A DNA stretch of 62,763 bases, the filler included, from Rhabdomonas costata (taxonomy: Eukaryota): the NCBI GenBank assembly GCA_019059605.1. It is 27 parts of 27 records of this genome, joined end to end, with 100 filler letters (N's around TTAATTAATTAA, not from the genome) between each part and the next. Parts side by side here need not be neighbours in the genome. Positions count along the whole stretch, not along the records: positions 9,310 to 11,536 come from JAHMHO010004712.1; positions 11,637 to 13,864 come from JAHMHO010004713.1; positions 13,965 to 16,189 come from JAHMHO010004714.1; positions 16,290 to 18,514 come from JAHMHO010004715.1; positions 18,615 to 20,840 come from JAHMHO010004716.1; positions 20,941 to 23,166 come from JAHMHO010004717.1; positions 23,267 to 25,491 come from JAHMHO010004718.1; 20 more parts are not named here. One strand, given 5' to 3'. The notes beneath the pieces are model-generated. The model was not told the origin of the DNA. It did not search any database and saw nothing but the letters and a program-made list of their open reading frames with translations. Made by a program: the position numbers and the translations under genes. Positions 11,477 to 24,581 of this stretch are shown piece by piece (the first letter of the stretch is position 1; every line of letters starts with the position of its first letter).

Positions 11477-13964
11477 AAAATGAAAGATGCGAATGCAGAA
11501 AACAAACCGCTGAGTTCGCCTTTGACTGACTCCCCANNNNNNNNNNNNNNNNNNNNNNNNNNNNNNNNNNNNNNNNNNNNTTAATTAATTAANNNNNNNN
11601 NNNNNNNNNNNNNNNNNNNNNNNNNNNNNNNNNNNNGTGGTTGTGTGAAACTCTCGATACGATTTTCCTTACCATTCAAATTAGAATCCCTGGTTAACAT
11701 CACCCCTCACCTCTCCGCAGTTGACATGGATGAATGATGGAAGCACAAGCCCAAGACCAGTCACATTGGTGCAAGCATCCTCGGGCGCCCGGTCCCACCC
11801 AAAATCTCTCGACAAGAGAGCACTCGTACCACTATACCCATCACGCACGTCTGGTAGCTCGAATGCATACATGAACGTATTTCTTAGGGAAGGAAGCTGC
11901 CGAATTGAGCTGTGGATTGATGGGTTTGATTTCAAAGGGTTAAATGTATATGACCAAAAAACATAGTCCAGAGAGGAAAAAGCATACACCGTCGATTTCC
12001 ATGTGCAGAAATCAGTACTTCTTCAAGTACCGACAAGTACCGACACAGGAGCGAACGAAAAGCACAAGAAGGTAAAACCAGCACTTCAATCCCGAAAAGC
12101 AATACGGAAAAAGGAGGCAATGAATGAACCAAGCCGTGCTTATTTATTTCACTCATAATCTGATTGAAAACAGCCTTTTGACACAGCAAAGAAACGACAA
12201 CTGAAAAACAGGGAGCTGTGGAGCCTTGCACCCTCAGGCCGGTGACCACCCGTGCCCCTTGACGACTCTTCCTTTTTTATGCTGCTTCTGAGCTCAGCGG
12301 AGGGTTTACCGATACCCACACCGAAGGTACAAGAATCTCTCCTGCCTCTATCAACGCGAGTATTCAGGTAAAAAAACAAAATGGAATTCCCATCATTTCC
12401 ATCCCGTCATACCTTCCATTTTTCTTCCCTTTCCTCACCATAACTTCCCATCCCTTTCACCCGCCTTCTTCCCTTGTATTTGTTTCCTGTAAACCAATGT
12501 ACGTAAGTTTCCTATTCTTTTTTTTTTAACTCAGGCACCCCTTTGTTGTGTAATAATAATAATAATCTTGTAAAATATTCTAATCTTGCACCCCTTTAAT
12601 CTCCTCTCCTTTCGGGTGTATGAGGTCCTTCTTCTTTGCGTTTGGGTTGTAGTTCTTCATGATGCCGTTCATGGTGGTGATGTTCACGTCTTCTTCTTCT
12701 ACTTTTCGATCTCTCTTCCACACCCCTCCCGCCTTCTATTACCTGCTACTTCCCAACTTCATCTGTTTCACCAACTGACGTTCTGCTAATTGTAACACAG
12801 GTCATCCCACTGTTCTCTTTCTTTGCCCCTCCTTCGCACACTCCAATTTCCGGTTCACTCTGTTCTGGCTTTTGCATTCCAAATCTCGCACTTCTTGCAA
12901 AATTGTCTGTTTGTTGCTGAACCCCGAGCGCTGAAACAAGTTATGTGCCAGTGCAGAAGTGCCCCGAATATTACAGGTGATTTCTAATTATTATGATTTC
13001 TCTTCGTCTTTCCCACTTATCGTGTTATTCGCACTCGCACTCGTGTTTTCTCCCATCCACGAGTTGGGATGTTTTTCGTCGTTTCGCTACATGCAGCTTT
13101 CTCATATCTTTCTCGGTTTCTTTTCCATAAGACAGGAAAAAATGAGTTTTAACTCCCCACAAAAAGTTCTCGCAGGTCTCTTGATTTATGAAGGTGAATG
13201 GATCGATATGGGAGTGTGTGTCCACCTGCCCTGTATTAGAATTGCTCATGCCTCAACAAGCACCTGACGATTACACCTCCCAGAAAGACTTCCTCACATC
13301 TTGCATATGACATTCATGGCACGGTCCACACCACAGGTCAGCGCCATTTCCGAGCAATCCCAGATACTGAAAAGAGATCAGGATAGATGGAAGCAAGGCG
13401 TTACCACCGCGTTTAACCATTAACTCGACATTGGACGATTCACATCAAATTGACAAACTGAGGGCGGATAGGCCTGACTTGGATTCCCGCTGTACCCAGT
13501 AGCAGGGACCAATGCACAAGGAAGGTGACCCTGGCACCTCGACACGAAGCCAAAGTTGGCTTATCATTAGTCATGGGTGATAGAAGCAACACATACACAC
13601 ACACACACACCAGGCTGCGAGAAAGGGGCGCATCCACGGTAGACGAAGATACGCGTGGATACATCCTCGCAAACAAACCTAACACGAGGGGAATAGCCGG
13701 GTGCCAGAGTCCAAAGCACACCAAGCTCCAAGGTGAGGAAGATACCCACACAAACCGACGGAACGAGAGGCGGGAAGTGGAGGAAGACCACCGGGGACCA
13801 CAACCCCAGAACCAGAATGTGGAAAACAAGCGGCGACGACCCTCTTGAGCAGGCACGCATTGTGNNNNNNNNNNNNNNNNNNNNNNNNNNNNNNNNNNNN
13901 NNNNNNNNTTAATTAATTAANNNNNNNNNNNNNNNNNNNNNNNNNNNNNNNNNNNNNNNNNNNN

Positions 13965-15597
13965 TGTGGTGTGGGAGGAGGCGGCGAATCTCCACCACCT
14001 TCTGCGCCTCCTCCTCCACCACCGTGCCGGGCTTGGGCACGAACTCACGGATGGGCAGGGCGCGAATCGCAAACCCCAGCGGAATCTCGGCGGTGGCGAA
14101 CGCAATGCAGCCCAGCCACTGGTACCACTGCAGGCGGGTAGTCTGCATGAAGGGCCCGGCCACCTCCACGGCGAAGATCTGTGAAGGGAAAAGAGGAAAA
14201 CCTTTCTGCCTCCAAGTTCTCGTCTGTTCCGCTCACTTGTGGAGTGAGAGTGCTTGATCGCATGTGCGCCCAGAATCAATCTCGAGCGAGTTTTTGTCCC
14301 AACGCACGGGTGACTTTGAGAGCTTCGCATTGAGACTGCAGCGTCTCGACTGCCCACACACAAGCCTTGTGTTTCTCCGTTCTTGGTTGGGTTCCGGATC
14401 ATACCGCGCGCACCATTCCCTTCGCGCTTCTTGAACCTGCTCCCTGTTTGTGCGCGATTCGTTGTCCTCATTCTTCCTCCCTCTCTGATGCGCAGCGGCA
14501 TCACGCATGTCTCCCTTTGCCTCTCGGTGGGCTGGATCCCTTGGCGACGGGTCCCCCCAAAGCACCGTCAGGGGCCTTGTGCTTCTCCCTTTCAGCACAC
14601 ACTGTCCGATGGGAACGCCCTCCTCTCCCCATCGGGTCTCTTGACGCGGCCACAGCGGCTTTTGGGGGGGTTCTTCTGGAGTGCTCACCGGTTATCGGTC
14701 CGTTGTTGCCGGCCGAAGCTCCTAACCTCGCCCCTGCCACTCGCATTTTTTTTTTTTGCAATTGCCCTTCTCCCCAAGGGTTAACGTGTATTCGCGGCCT
14801 CATTTGGCTTTTGTCCTTTATTTGCCTTCAAAAAATGTCAAAGTGTGTCAAAAGGTGCTACAAAGGTGTCGCCTTAGACTGCCCCTAATTGCCTCCTAAC
14901 ACCAAGCCAGCGCCGACACAGCGCTGGAAGTCCACAGCAGGAGTGAAAGCCAGGACACCGCCGATCATGAGGCTGGGACTGGGGAATGGCATTCCAGGCG
15001 GAAACGGTCCCCACAAAAGGCGTTTCCGCGTACCAAAGTCGGACTTTCTGTGCTGGGGTCAGCTCAGCTTAGCAATAAATTACCTTCATACTAGCAAGCA
15101 GGCAAGTGCGGGGCACCTGGAAATGCGATATAGTCGAGCAGGCCTGAATGAGAAACTATTATCCCTCCCCAAGTGTGGTCAAGTGTGGTCAACCGGCCAG
15201 TCTAGCTGGTCATTATACCGGTCTTTGTTCTCCAGCAACGATGCCAGTTACGGGGGTATACGGCGCGGGATCACCCATCGAATACCAGGGCAACGCTACA
15301 AGCTGAAAGCGAACTCATTACAGAGAAGGTGATGCCACAGCTGACAAACACCTGGAAGCAGATGATGACAGCAGTGATCACCAGGAGCATCTTGGACTGT
15401 CCCCAGATCCCGCTGAAGCAGTTGAGCTCTCCGTAAACCTTCCGTGCGTTGAACTGGTTGAAGATCTGCATCCAGATGAACGTGTTGAAGATGATCGTGC
15501 CGTGCTGCGGACCCTCGCGGCAGAATCCTCGGTCCCACTCTCCAAGCGTGGGGCGATCCACCGGGGTGCAGTCTTGGCACTTGAACCAGATGTGCCC
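13965..15597 (-). CDS. P-type IIB Ca2+-ATPase (PMCA-like), C-terminal TM8-10; exons 15597-15352 and 14178-13965
   Basis: [23 protein letters not shown]...[34 protein letters not shown] intron 15351-14179. Confidence 0.93.
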
Positions 15598-16289
15598 CTG
15601 GAAGTGCAATAATTCGGGAAGGAAAACCAAACATGGAGGCCGGACCTCCAAAAAGGTCCCGAACACGTTAATACAGTATGAATCATGGAACAAAAAATAG
15701 TATGAGCTTTTACCCCCCCCCAAAAAAAAAACTCAGGAAATGCTGAAAAAAAAATACACGATAAATCGAACCTCTGGTTGCGGTTGTCTCTGTTTGGTTG
15801 TCTGTTATCGACCATACTGATACATAAAGATACCATGCACCCAGACATATTCAAACAAGAAAACGGGCAGAGGCATGGGAATTTCATTTGAAACAACAGA
15901 TGTGGAAAAACGGAATCGGTCCATCCCAACCTATTAAACCCAAACGCTGTCCTTTTTTCTCTTTTCAATTCTCAGTTTTTAGATCAAACAGGCAATACCG
16001 TAATCTGCAGGGAGATATGGCACTAGCGCAGGACAAAAAGCAGGGCAGAAACTATCTATAAAGGAGGACGGAGGACATCGCGACCCCAAGTCCACAAGAA
16101 CTCAAAAAACCCCACCACCCCAACTCTCCTCATTTCTTTCATTTTTCCGCCGCCGTTCACCTCGGGCATTCCTTTTGGTCAACCACCCCNNNNNNNNNNN
16201 NNNNNNNNNNNNNNNNNNNNNNNNNNNNNNNNNTTAATTAATTAANNNNNNNNNNNNNNNNNNNNNNNNNNNNNNNNNNNNNNNNNNNN

Positions 16290-16686
16290 AGAGGCTGAGC
16301 TTGCACCTCAATCTTTCGAAGTGCTGTTTCTGGGCTCCTCGGGCCCCGCTGACCTGTTGTGTGACGTCACCCAGGTTCCTTGGACCAATAACTTCACTCT
16401 TCTGGGCTGTCCCATCGGCTCGGAAATATTTGTGCGCGCATGCGGTCGCGAGCAGTTTCACAAGTGTCGAGGGAGGTCTGGAGAGCTTATGCGAGCTCGG
16501 CTGTCCCCAGAGTGCTTGTTGATCTTACGCTCTTGCCTGGGAGCATGTAAAGTCGTCCACCTCTTGCGTTGCTTGACGCCCTCTCCCGCCTTGACTATGG
16601 CAACCGAGGAGCGAGCGGGACTCTTTTGGAGGATCGAGGCGCAGCCCCCAGGGTTGCTGTCGGAGGAGGCTGGCTCCTTCTGCTAG
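16290..16686 (+). mobile_element. Degenerate non-LTR retrotransposon RT C-terminal/thumb fragment, CRE/SLACS-like, frameshifted
   Basis: LHLNLSKC, then in another frame LLGCPIGSEIFV...LLILRSCLGACKVVHLLRC, motifs typical of CRE-clade RTs. Confidence 0.72.
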
Positions 16687-17869
16687 TGACAAAAAGCCCG
16701 GGACACCCCCGCACAGAGTCAAACAACGGGACGGGGGGGGGGGCAAAGCAAACTCACTTCATGCAACGGCTAAGTAGGTGCTGCCAGGCGCCATGCTGGC
16801 GATGCCGAGCAGTAAACCTAGCTCCCACGGCCCTAGGACGACGGCAGTGCAGGGAAACACACGCCCACCGGTTCGCCGAGCCTCAATCTCTGGGCGCGGA
16901 TTAGCTGAAGCACCACAGCTTTTGCGACTGCTCCCAGTTGTCTCCGCGCACACCGGAACCAGCCGCCTCCAGCACGCGCGCAAGCCCCCTGTGGACGTCA
17001 TTTTCTCGGCCTCGGGCAGCAGGGGCCGCCCCGGGCCACCTCCCGGAATCACAAACGCCCGAAGCCCAGTAGGAACCGCAGGAACCGGAGGAGGACCAGC
17101 TACGCAAGAAATCCGGATATTTCTCGCGTCGCCTGGCACTTAGCAACGTTTCGAAAGAATCCGCTCAAAAGAAGTAGCTTGAAGAGCTGCGTTTCAACAG
17201 CGGAAACGATCGAAGAGCAGAGCGCAGAACGCACATTCCTAAGTGATGGGCAAACTCGACCCTTGGGAGCAACTTGTGGTCAAAAGCGATGTCCACTGCG
17301 CAGGAATAAGCCATGAAAGCTATGAAAGAATGTCAGCAAGGGTATGGAGCCGCTGAGCATTAAAAGGACATCCGAGAGACGCAAGCTCGTGCCAGGGCCC
17401 ACCGAATCGGAACACTCAGTACAACATCCGTTGGTTCTCGGAAGGTACGGAAGCAGGGCATCATCAACGGGTACGACAACGCAGCGGTGAACACACACGG
17501 ATTTGATGGGGTACACGGGCGCTGTTGGTTGACATGACTTTGACTCCTTCTTGCCAGGCGAGCTTTGTGCAATAGCCCTCAGTGACCCTAAAATGGACAG
17601 AAACCTCTGGACAGAAACCAAGCGCACGAAGCCCTCACGGAGAATGCTGGATGAGTTGAGCCTGGAGAATCCCTGAGAATCCGTGAAACGGGTCCCAGGC
17701 AAACGGCTCTCGGCCGCCCGGTGCCCACGAAATCCACTCATTCGTTGCCCGATAAGGCCCACAACTGGAGCTCGTTTGTGTGCTAAATAATGTAATTATT
17801 TTTCGCGACTAAGGCGTTCGGGGTGCGCCGTTCCGATGTTAATATTGGCACCCCGTTAGTGCGGGCTTC

Positions 17870-18250
17870 CCTTGTTGAGCAAGTCATTGTCATCAATCTG
17901 GCCACTAATGTAATTATTCTAACTACTGACTGGACAGAGGGCGACTCCTCCCGGCGAAAAAATGCCAGGAAAGAGGCGGCATTAATTGAATCTATCACTC
18001 TCATAAAGTTCACTTCAAAAAAAGCATTCACACCCTCCAATAATGTAAATGTCATTGCCGTATGCCACCGCGGCAGCGGCACTGCGAACTTTCCCCATCG
18101 GAGTCTCTTCCCTCCATTTCTGAGAAAAGCAGAGCACATTGGAAGCATTAAAAACATCAAACTTAGCAGAACCAAACGTGATAATCCACACCATTTTGAC
18201 AAAGTCAAAGCTCAGCACGGAATTCAAGCGCACTTCCCCAGAACGCCCAC
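17870..18250 (-). CDS. Kelch-repeat protein fragment; exons 18250-18192, 18119-18034, 17904-~17870
   Basis: GGRSGEVRLNSVLSFDFVKM|KWREETPMGKVRSAAAAVAYGNDIYIIGG|GQIDDNDLLNK matches the Kelch GG...W...M...R...IYxxGG pattern. Confidence 0.8.
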
Positions 18251-18614
18251 CTGGCGAGGAAATTGCAAGTGCAAATGTGTACGCCTGCACGCCCGTGAAC
18301 TTGCAACAGAAAGGCAAGACTAATTCCGAATTCGGGTGTGGACGCCTGTCCTCGATCAAAAGAAGCGAGGAGAAAATCAAAAGAGAGAACCCTTTGAAGA
18401 CAATGTTGAGCACAATTCACAATTCACGCCGCAAGGAATGGCGACCTCAAAGGTCCCTCCCATACTTTGTGCGCACTGATCAAGGAAATACAAGCTTTGT
18501 AGACAACAGCAAACNNNNNNNNNNNNNNNNNNNNNNNNNNNNNNNNNNNNNNNNNNNNTTAATTAATTAANNNNNNNNNNNNNNNNNNNNNNNNNNNNNN
18601 NNNNNNNNNNNNNN

Positions 18615-19222
18615 GCAGAGAGCGTGAGGTTGGCACCCAGTCAGCGCGTCACGGTGCCCATCGGCAGAACCTCGGCGTCGAAGTTCAGTGGCGTGGCGTT
18701 GCCGGAGGTGTCGAAGGCCAGACACTTCTTGGTGTTCAGCAGCTGGCCGGTGAGCGCGCAGAAGTGGAGGGTCAGGGAGCCCGCAGCTTCGACCGCAGGG
18801 CGGTCGCCGAGGAGGGTGGCGTCGTCAGCGTAGGAGGGGGCGTCGACATTCGTCTCCGCCGTGACGGCCCGGGTCCACACCGCCTGCAGGAGGTTGATGA
18901 GGATCACGGACAGCGGGCAGCCCTGGAGGATGCCGTTCGTGGGCTTGAAGGGCAGGCCAAGGCCACCGCCGACCTTGAACCGCCGCGCGAGGTCGGCATA
19001 GATCGCCCGGAGGGGCCGCAGGACCATCTCGTCCATCCCTGATCTGCGCGCCAGGGCCAGGAGGATGCCGTGGGGGAGACGGTCGAAGCACTTCGCGTAG
19101 TCCAGGAAGGCTCCGGTCAGCGGCTTGTCAGACAGGAGGGCCTCCTCGACGGTCAGCGCGATGCGCCAGTACACGTCCCCCGTGCTGCCCTGGGGGCGGA
19201 AGCCGCGCTGGGAGGGGTGGAT
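18615..19222 (-). mobile_element. 5'-truncated LINE reverse transcriptase fragment with in-frame TGA at 18641-18643
   Basis: HPSQRGFRP, FLDYAKCFD, GILQGCPLS, SYADD, LNTKKC, R*LG. GC-rich, with an abrupt composition change at ~19222. Confidence 0.93.
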
Positions 19223-19311
19223 AGATGTTGTTAAGTATTGCAGGTGTTATTGACGTGCTGCTTTGGAACTGGTGCCGGTTGGTTATGTGGGTTTCAAGCC
19301 CCTAATTGCAG

Positions 19312-20681
19312 GTGCAGTTGTGAAGGCGGAGCCCAGCGCGGAGTCCTCGGCCGTGAGCTCGTCCTCCACTCGGCCTCGGATGAGCTTTGTGCAAATGGTG
19401 AAAGAGTCCAAAAAGGTCTGTGGTTGGGAGCAGTTGGGAATGTAATTTTTCTGCTATGCGGAAACGTGCGTGTGGTTTGGCCTTGGCTGGATGTGATCGC
19501 CTGTTTCATCCCAAACTCGTTGGTTTTTTCACAGGGATTGATCTCTTAGCATTCCAGGTTGTGAATGAAGAAAAACACACCCCGCCAGGAGCGGATTGTT
19601 TCTTCGAGAGCGATAGAAGACAAATAGAGGGGAGAATCTGACCACATTGTCCGGTAGTTGGAAGAGCGGTGGACCGCGTGGCATCTGCTCGCGGCATTCT
19701 GCCATGAGTGGAAGTATCTCAGGCTCTCAGGCTGTCAGGCAGTGAAAAAAGTTAAAGGAGGCAATGCAGAAGGAGTGTTGTCGGATCGTTTGGGCCCTGC
19801 TTTGAATCCAAGAGTATTCCAAGGGCTCATGCCCATGGAACCATTGACTAACTTCTCTCCCCGTCGCACTGCGAATCCTCATGCGACTTCGACTTTTAGA
19901 AGGCCTCCTAGTGGCAAAATGGCGCCGTCGGAGTTATCGTACGTGGTTGTTGGCGTCTTGTACATAAGTTCCTGTCACCGATGGTTCTAGAGGTACGAAT
20001 CTCTTCCACTTTTCCTTACAATTGACATAGGAGCCTGCTTCATCATCGGAGCAGAAGGTTGCCGTCGGAGAGCCGCCTGCGAAGAAGGCAAAACCGGATA
20101 TCAATAAGTACGTGTGTGTGTGTGGGTCCGTGTTGCTTGACTGACGGTGGAGAGTGTTGTGCCCAAGCAATGGGACCCTTCGTGTGTTTGTTCTCAACTG
20201 TACGTACTCGTAAAGCCAGGCAGGCCTGCTGAGGAGGCTCATTGATGCGTCGTGACGACAAAATATTGTTGCTCATTGCAGCCAGTGCTTTGTGAGGGGG
20301 GGGCGCACGCGCGCAACGGTAATGCGACATATGAGGTTGGGTAGCGGGGACTTTGGTCCTTTATAAACGGAGGACCCCCGAAAGTGGTGAGAAGGTCCAG
20401 TGATGTTCGCAGGATTGGTGGTTCGCGCTTCAGTGACTGATAAGCTTGCTTAGATCTCTCCGAGGTGAGAGGCTTCTTCTTCCAGACGCGTGTGAAGTGT
20501 CTCCGTTCTTGGTGCTTGTGGAAGAAGCAATGCAGCATTTCAGCTTTTGCTAACAAAAAACGCTCCCACACCAACGCACCTTCTGCACAGCACTCTGGAC
20601 GCCATTCTTTCGGAGCAGATGGCACAAAAGGAGCGCCGCGGGCGGAGGGACTACTGGCTCCACCCCGGGATCATCGTCAAG
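19312..20681 (+). CDS. KIN17: KIN17 DNA/RNA-binding protein fragment; exons 19312-19397, 20031-20107, 20591-20681
   Basis: TLDAILSEQMAQKERRGRRDYWLHPGIIVK matches the KIN17 'ALDEIM...DYWL.P.IIVK' motif before the KOW domains. GT-AG junctions are phase-compatible. Confidence 0.8.
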
Positions 20682-23266
20682 GTTTGGCTAGGGAGACGGG
20701 GGGGGGGCACGTTTTGTGAAAAGGGTTAGGATGAGGTCGGTCGCCATTGGGGTTGCGCCTTTTTCGGCTCTGCGTCTTCTACTCCCACTACTTTTGGATC
20801 GTTGAGACTCACTGCGTCCTTCGGAAACTTCTGTTTGCTCNNNNNNNNNNNNNNNNNNNNNNNNNNNNNNNNNNNNNNNNNNNNTTAATTAATTAANNNN
20901 NNNNNNNNNNNNNNNNNNNNNNNNNNNNNNNNNNNNNNNNGGCGTCCCGCTGGTGGCGGCTAGGTGTCCTTTCGTGGGTTGCGGTTGTGTTTTCTTTCGG
21001 CAGCCACTGCATACTCACCACTGGCCTGGTACGCTACTGACCAGTTTTCCTTTTCTTCGATCTTTCGGGTCGCTGCATCCTGCCTTTGTTCTTTCAGCCA
21101 TCAGTGACAGTGTCAGTGTCCCCAGAATCGAAAATAGAAGGAGACTGGGTGGGCCAAATAACCCTTTAGCACAGGCACCGATCGCAGTCGCATGCAGTTG
21201 ACCACGCCCCTCCTCCTCTCCCATCCGCCGCAAACCAGTTGGCTGCTCAGGAAGTCCGTAATAAAGTTGAGTTCCAGGTCTGCACCGGTAATCCCACGGA
21301 AGACTCCGCTGGGGTCGTACGCCCCTGAGCCCCGTATCCCACCACCCCACTCCATAAAAATACGATCGAGAGCCTGCGCAACCGAGGCGATGCTCAGCAG
21401 ATAAATCAATGGCGCTTTTGATGCTTTAGGCAGGCCGCGCCGGCTGTTATCCAAAGGTGCAATTGAAGACTGTGAGAGCTGAGCACCGTTGGATCGCTCA
21501 GTAATGCCGAAAAAACCAAGCGCTAAAATCCAAGTGCATTGTCCACTGGTCCACGACACATACAGAGAAGCACGAAACAACGCCACGAAACCCTGGAAGT
21601 GGGAGAAACGGGGGTGTTTCCTTTATGTTTTTGTTTTTGTTTTCCTGAGTTGGCCATCCTTCTTGCCTTCTCGCTGCAACCCCGAAGTTGGGTGGATGGA
21701 GGTGCATTGGCTGGTGCTGTTTTGTGTCCTGGGAGTGCTTCGGTGTTACATGGTTGTGGTGGGGTTGGTTCTGTCGGTTTGGTGCAACTGTATGTTTTCC
21801 AATGCATCGTTGTTCATCTGTGTTGGTGTGTTGCTCCATGGTGCTATGGCTCAGGATTGCGTGGTTTAGCGTTAGGTGTGTGGGTTATGGTTTCTCGTGT
21901 CGTGGTGTTTGTCAGAAATATATCATATCGATCGGGAGGTGCGGGGGAAGAGGACTGCGCAGAAGCAAAGGGGCCCCAGAACAGAAAGAGAGCGGGGGAG
22001 AGAGGAAGAGAAAGGATTCGGAGTTCCCTGGCTAAAACGCTCCCAGTCTGTTGAAGCTTGCCGCAATTTCTCCAGGAGCAAAGTTTGCTCAGCTAAAAAC
22101 TGCAAGATCTGGCAGGGCAAGTCCCAGGCATACCAGTGGCAAACGTGACCCAAAGCTGTCCACCCCAGGGGTAGGTCGGGGTCCACACAAAGCTCTGCGG
22201 GTCGCTCTGGTCCACCGCAAGGTACCACACCGAGGTCGTGCTGTTCTCAATTCGCGCCCAGGTCAACGAGGTCGGGTTTCCAAGCTCATCACAGACCCAC
22301 TGTGACTGGTTTCCCGTTGTCTGAAAATACCATCATAATATCCAGCAACAACATCGCTTCTCTTTGTTGTGTGGTCATGAACGGTGGAAGCCGGGCTCAG
22401 TTGTAGATATGGCGCAGGTCACGCCATAAACTTGCAGAATGGCAAAATAACAGGGCACATGCAATTGTGGAAATGTCTGAAAAGGCTTAAAAATACATCA
22501 ACTAACGCAAAAATGTTTATTCATCTCTTCATAGCGCCGTTGAGCGGATATGTGTGATCAATAGCCGTGCCTTTAACAAAACCACACTAACTCATGTATC
22601 AAACTTTGTCCACTTACAGGCAAACGCCCGATGCTGTGGACCTGTGGTGATGTAGTTGTGAGGTATCAGTCGTTCCAGGCCAGAAGTGCTCCAGTCTCCT
22701 ACCCCCCCCCCCAAAAAAAAACGAAATTAAAGTGAGAGAGCAAATGATCCCTTACCTCCCTATCACATGAAGGAAGGTGCTGACATAGTTACGCTTCCCT
22801 CTTTCTTAACGAGCAACCCTTCTGCAAGTTTTCTACGGTTCACACAATGGCGACCGTTTCCCCGCACACCGAAACCGTGGAAGGCAAAACGATAAATCTG
22901 CTGGAAGCGTTGCGAGGTAAGAAACCTCAACAAAATAAAGAAGGTTCCCAGCGTGAGCGTGAAAACAGACTTGAATTCTTCCAATGATGAAGAAAACACG
23001 CGACGCACGCGGCAGACGTTCATTAAAAAGGCAAAACATCTCGGGGGAAGCCCAAAGCGCCCGTGCCAGTAATGCATGAAAAATGTGGACGTGCACCTCA
23101 TCAAAGTCCCACATGGTGAAGCTCCCTTGGCTCCCAGCCTCGTGGAAGTAGCCATACACCCCCCCCNNNNNNNNNNNNNNNNNNNNNNNNNNNNNNNNNN
23201 NNNNNNNNNNTTAATTAATTAANNNNNNNNNNNNNNNNNNNNNNNNNNNNNNNNNNNNNNNNNNNN

Positions 23267-24581
23267 GGTCTTTGTTCAGGAAACAGGGCGGCATAGAGTT
23301 TTTGGCATTTTCCACGTGTTCTGCTTGCCCGAAGTAGTCCCAGTAGACCCAGTAGATATACTCGGAGAATGTCCTGAGCCGAAACTGTTTTGGGGACACG
23401 AACAGGGCAGTGTGGGGTGCCCTGTAGGTCAGGAAAGCACCACGTTTGCGGGGCGTGCAGTGTGATGCTCCCGGATGGTCAGGTTCTGCCTCAGCAGATG
23501 ATATCAAGGTGAAAGTTGAGAATCCGCATTTCACTGCTTCCGTGAAGGTGGAGGGACGCGAAACGCTTCCCAGGATCTGAAGTTGTAATGCAAGCGCTCC
23601 GCCCTGAAAACAATTTCCGGCCGATCGTCGATCTCGAGAACAAAGTTCAGGAACCATTACATAACTTGCGTTCGTTGAAAACAAGTTATGGTGAGTTGAG
23701 TAGGTAACGAGAAAAGGTGCGGGTGAAATCGGAAATCCAAAAAAAATGAAATCTTGGTGACATGCGTAAGGGACACCTCTCCCTCCCCCGGGGTGAACTT
23801 GAAGGAGACACTGCAGCAGAAGTTGGATGTCACTACCTTAACGTCGTGCGCGGCGTTGGTGGGCACTTCGGAAGTGTCGGTGCCGGTGTTCATGTCTTGC
23901 TTCTTTGATCCAGTGGAAAGGGTCAATGTTTGGGGGTAAGTGAGGATGTCAATTGGTTGCTGGGGAATACCCCAGTGGGGTATGTCCATCATGCTCGTTG
24001 TCCAGAGGTTGTTGCGGTGGTGCAGCAAAGTGATCACGATCCGAGTGCTTTTTTCCTGTGGAAGAAAGATAATGGATTGCTTACAAAATGAGCACACAGG
24101 AACACAATCACTGATGCACGCAGGTTCCTGCTTGAAATGAATTAGAGTATTTCTTGTGATATGGCCCCAGACCTCGTCCGATAGTGCTATGAGTGCCCCT
24201 TTCTGTTCTTCACTCAAACCATATTGGATGTGGCCTGTGCGACGAATGCCCTTGGTATCACGTCCTTCTCGCTGTCCTTGACCACCGCGGAAACCAGGCA
24301 ATCGCTGCAAGTTTTCCAGGTCCATCACCTTGGATGTAGCTCATGTCCTGCTCTGGGGTAACGGCAGGCTCGGAGAACTGGCAAAGCGGTTGACACGCGT
24401 CGTCGGTGGCAAAAAAAAAACGTTGATCCTGAACAGTCAGGGCAGGAATGGTAAATTCCGGTGCTGTGTGCGTCGCGTAAAAGCAAAGTTGTGGTCTTTT
24501 GACCACTAACGGACTTGGATGCCGTGCCGTGCCGTCCAAGTTGAACTGGAGAATGGGAACAGCTGCAGAACAAGAAAACAA
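23267..24581 (-). CDS. Probable multi-exon hypothetical protein
   Basis: Three adjacent minus-strand ORFs (24581-24258, 24328-23657, 23684-23267) with protein-like composition; no motif recognised. Confidence 0.35.

Noticed and set aside
11711..11883. Possible minus-strand exon (YAFELPDVRDGYSG...) ending in a strong GTGAGG donor; similar unassigned candidates at 21230-23159, 25806-25950 and 31150-31420
   Set aside because: May be coding, but I found no homology or partner exons, so support is too weak to annotate.
18641..18643. In-frame TGA in the RT as evidence for an alternative genetic code
   Set aside because: It is a single case in a truncated retroelement. TGA, TAA and TAG all act as normal stops in host genes here.
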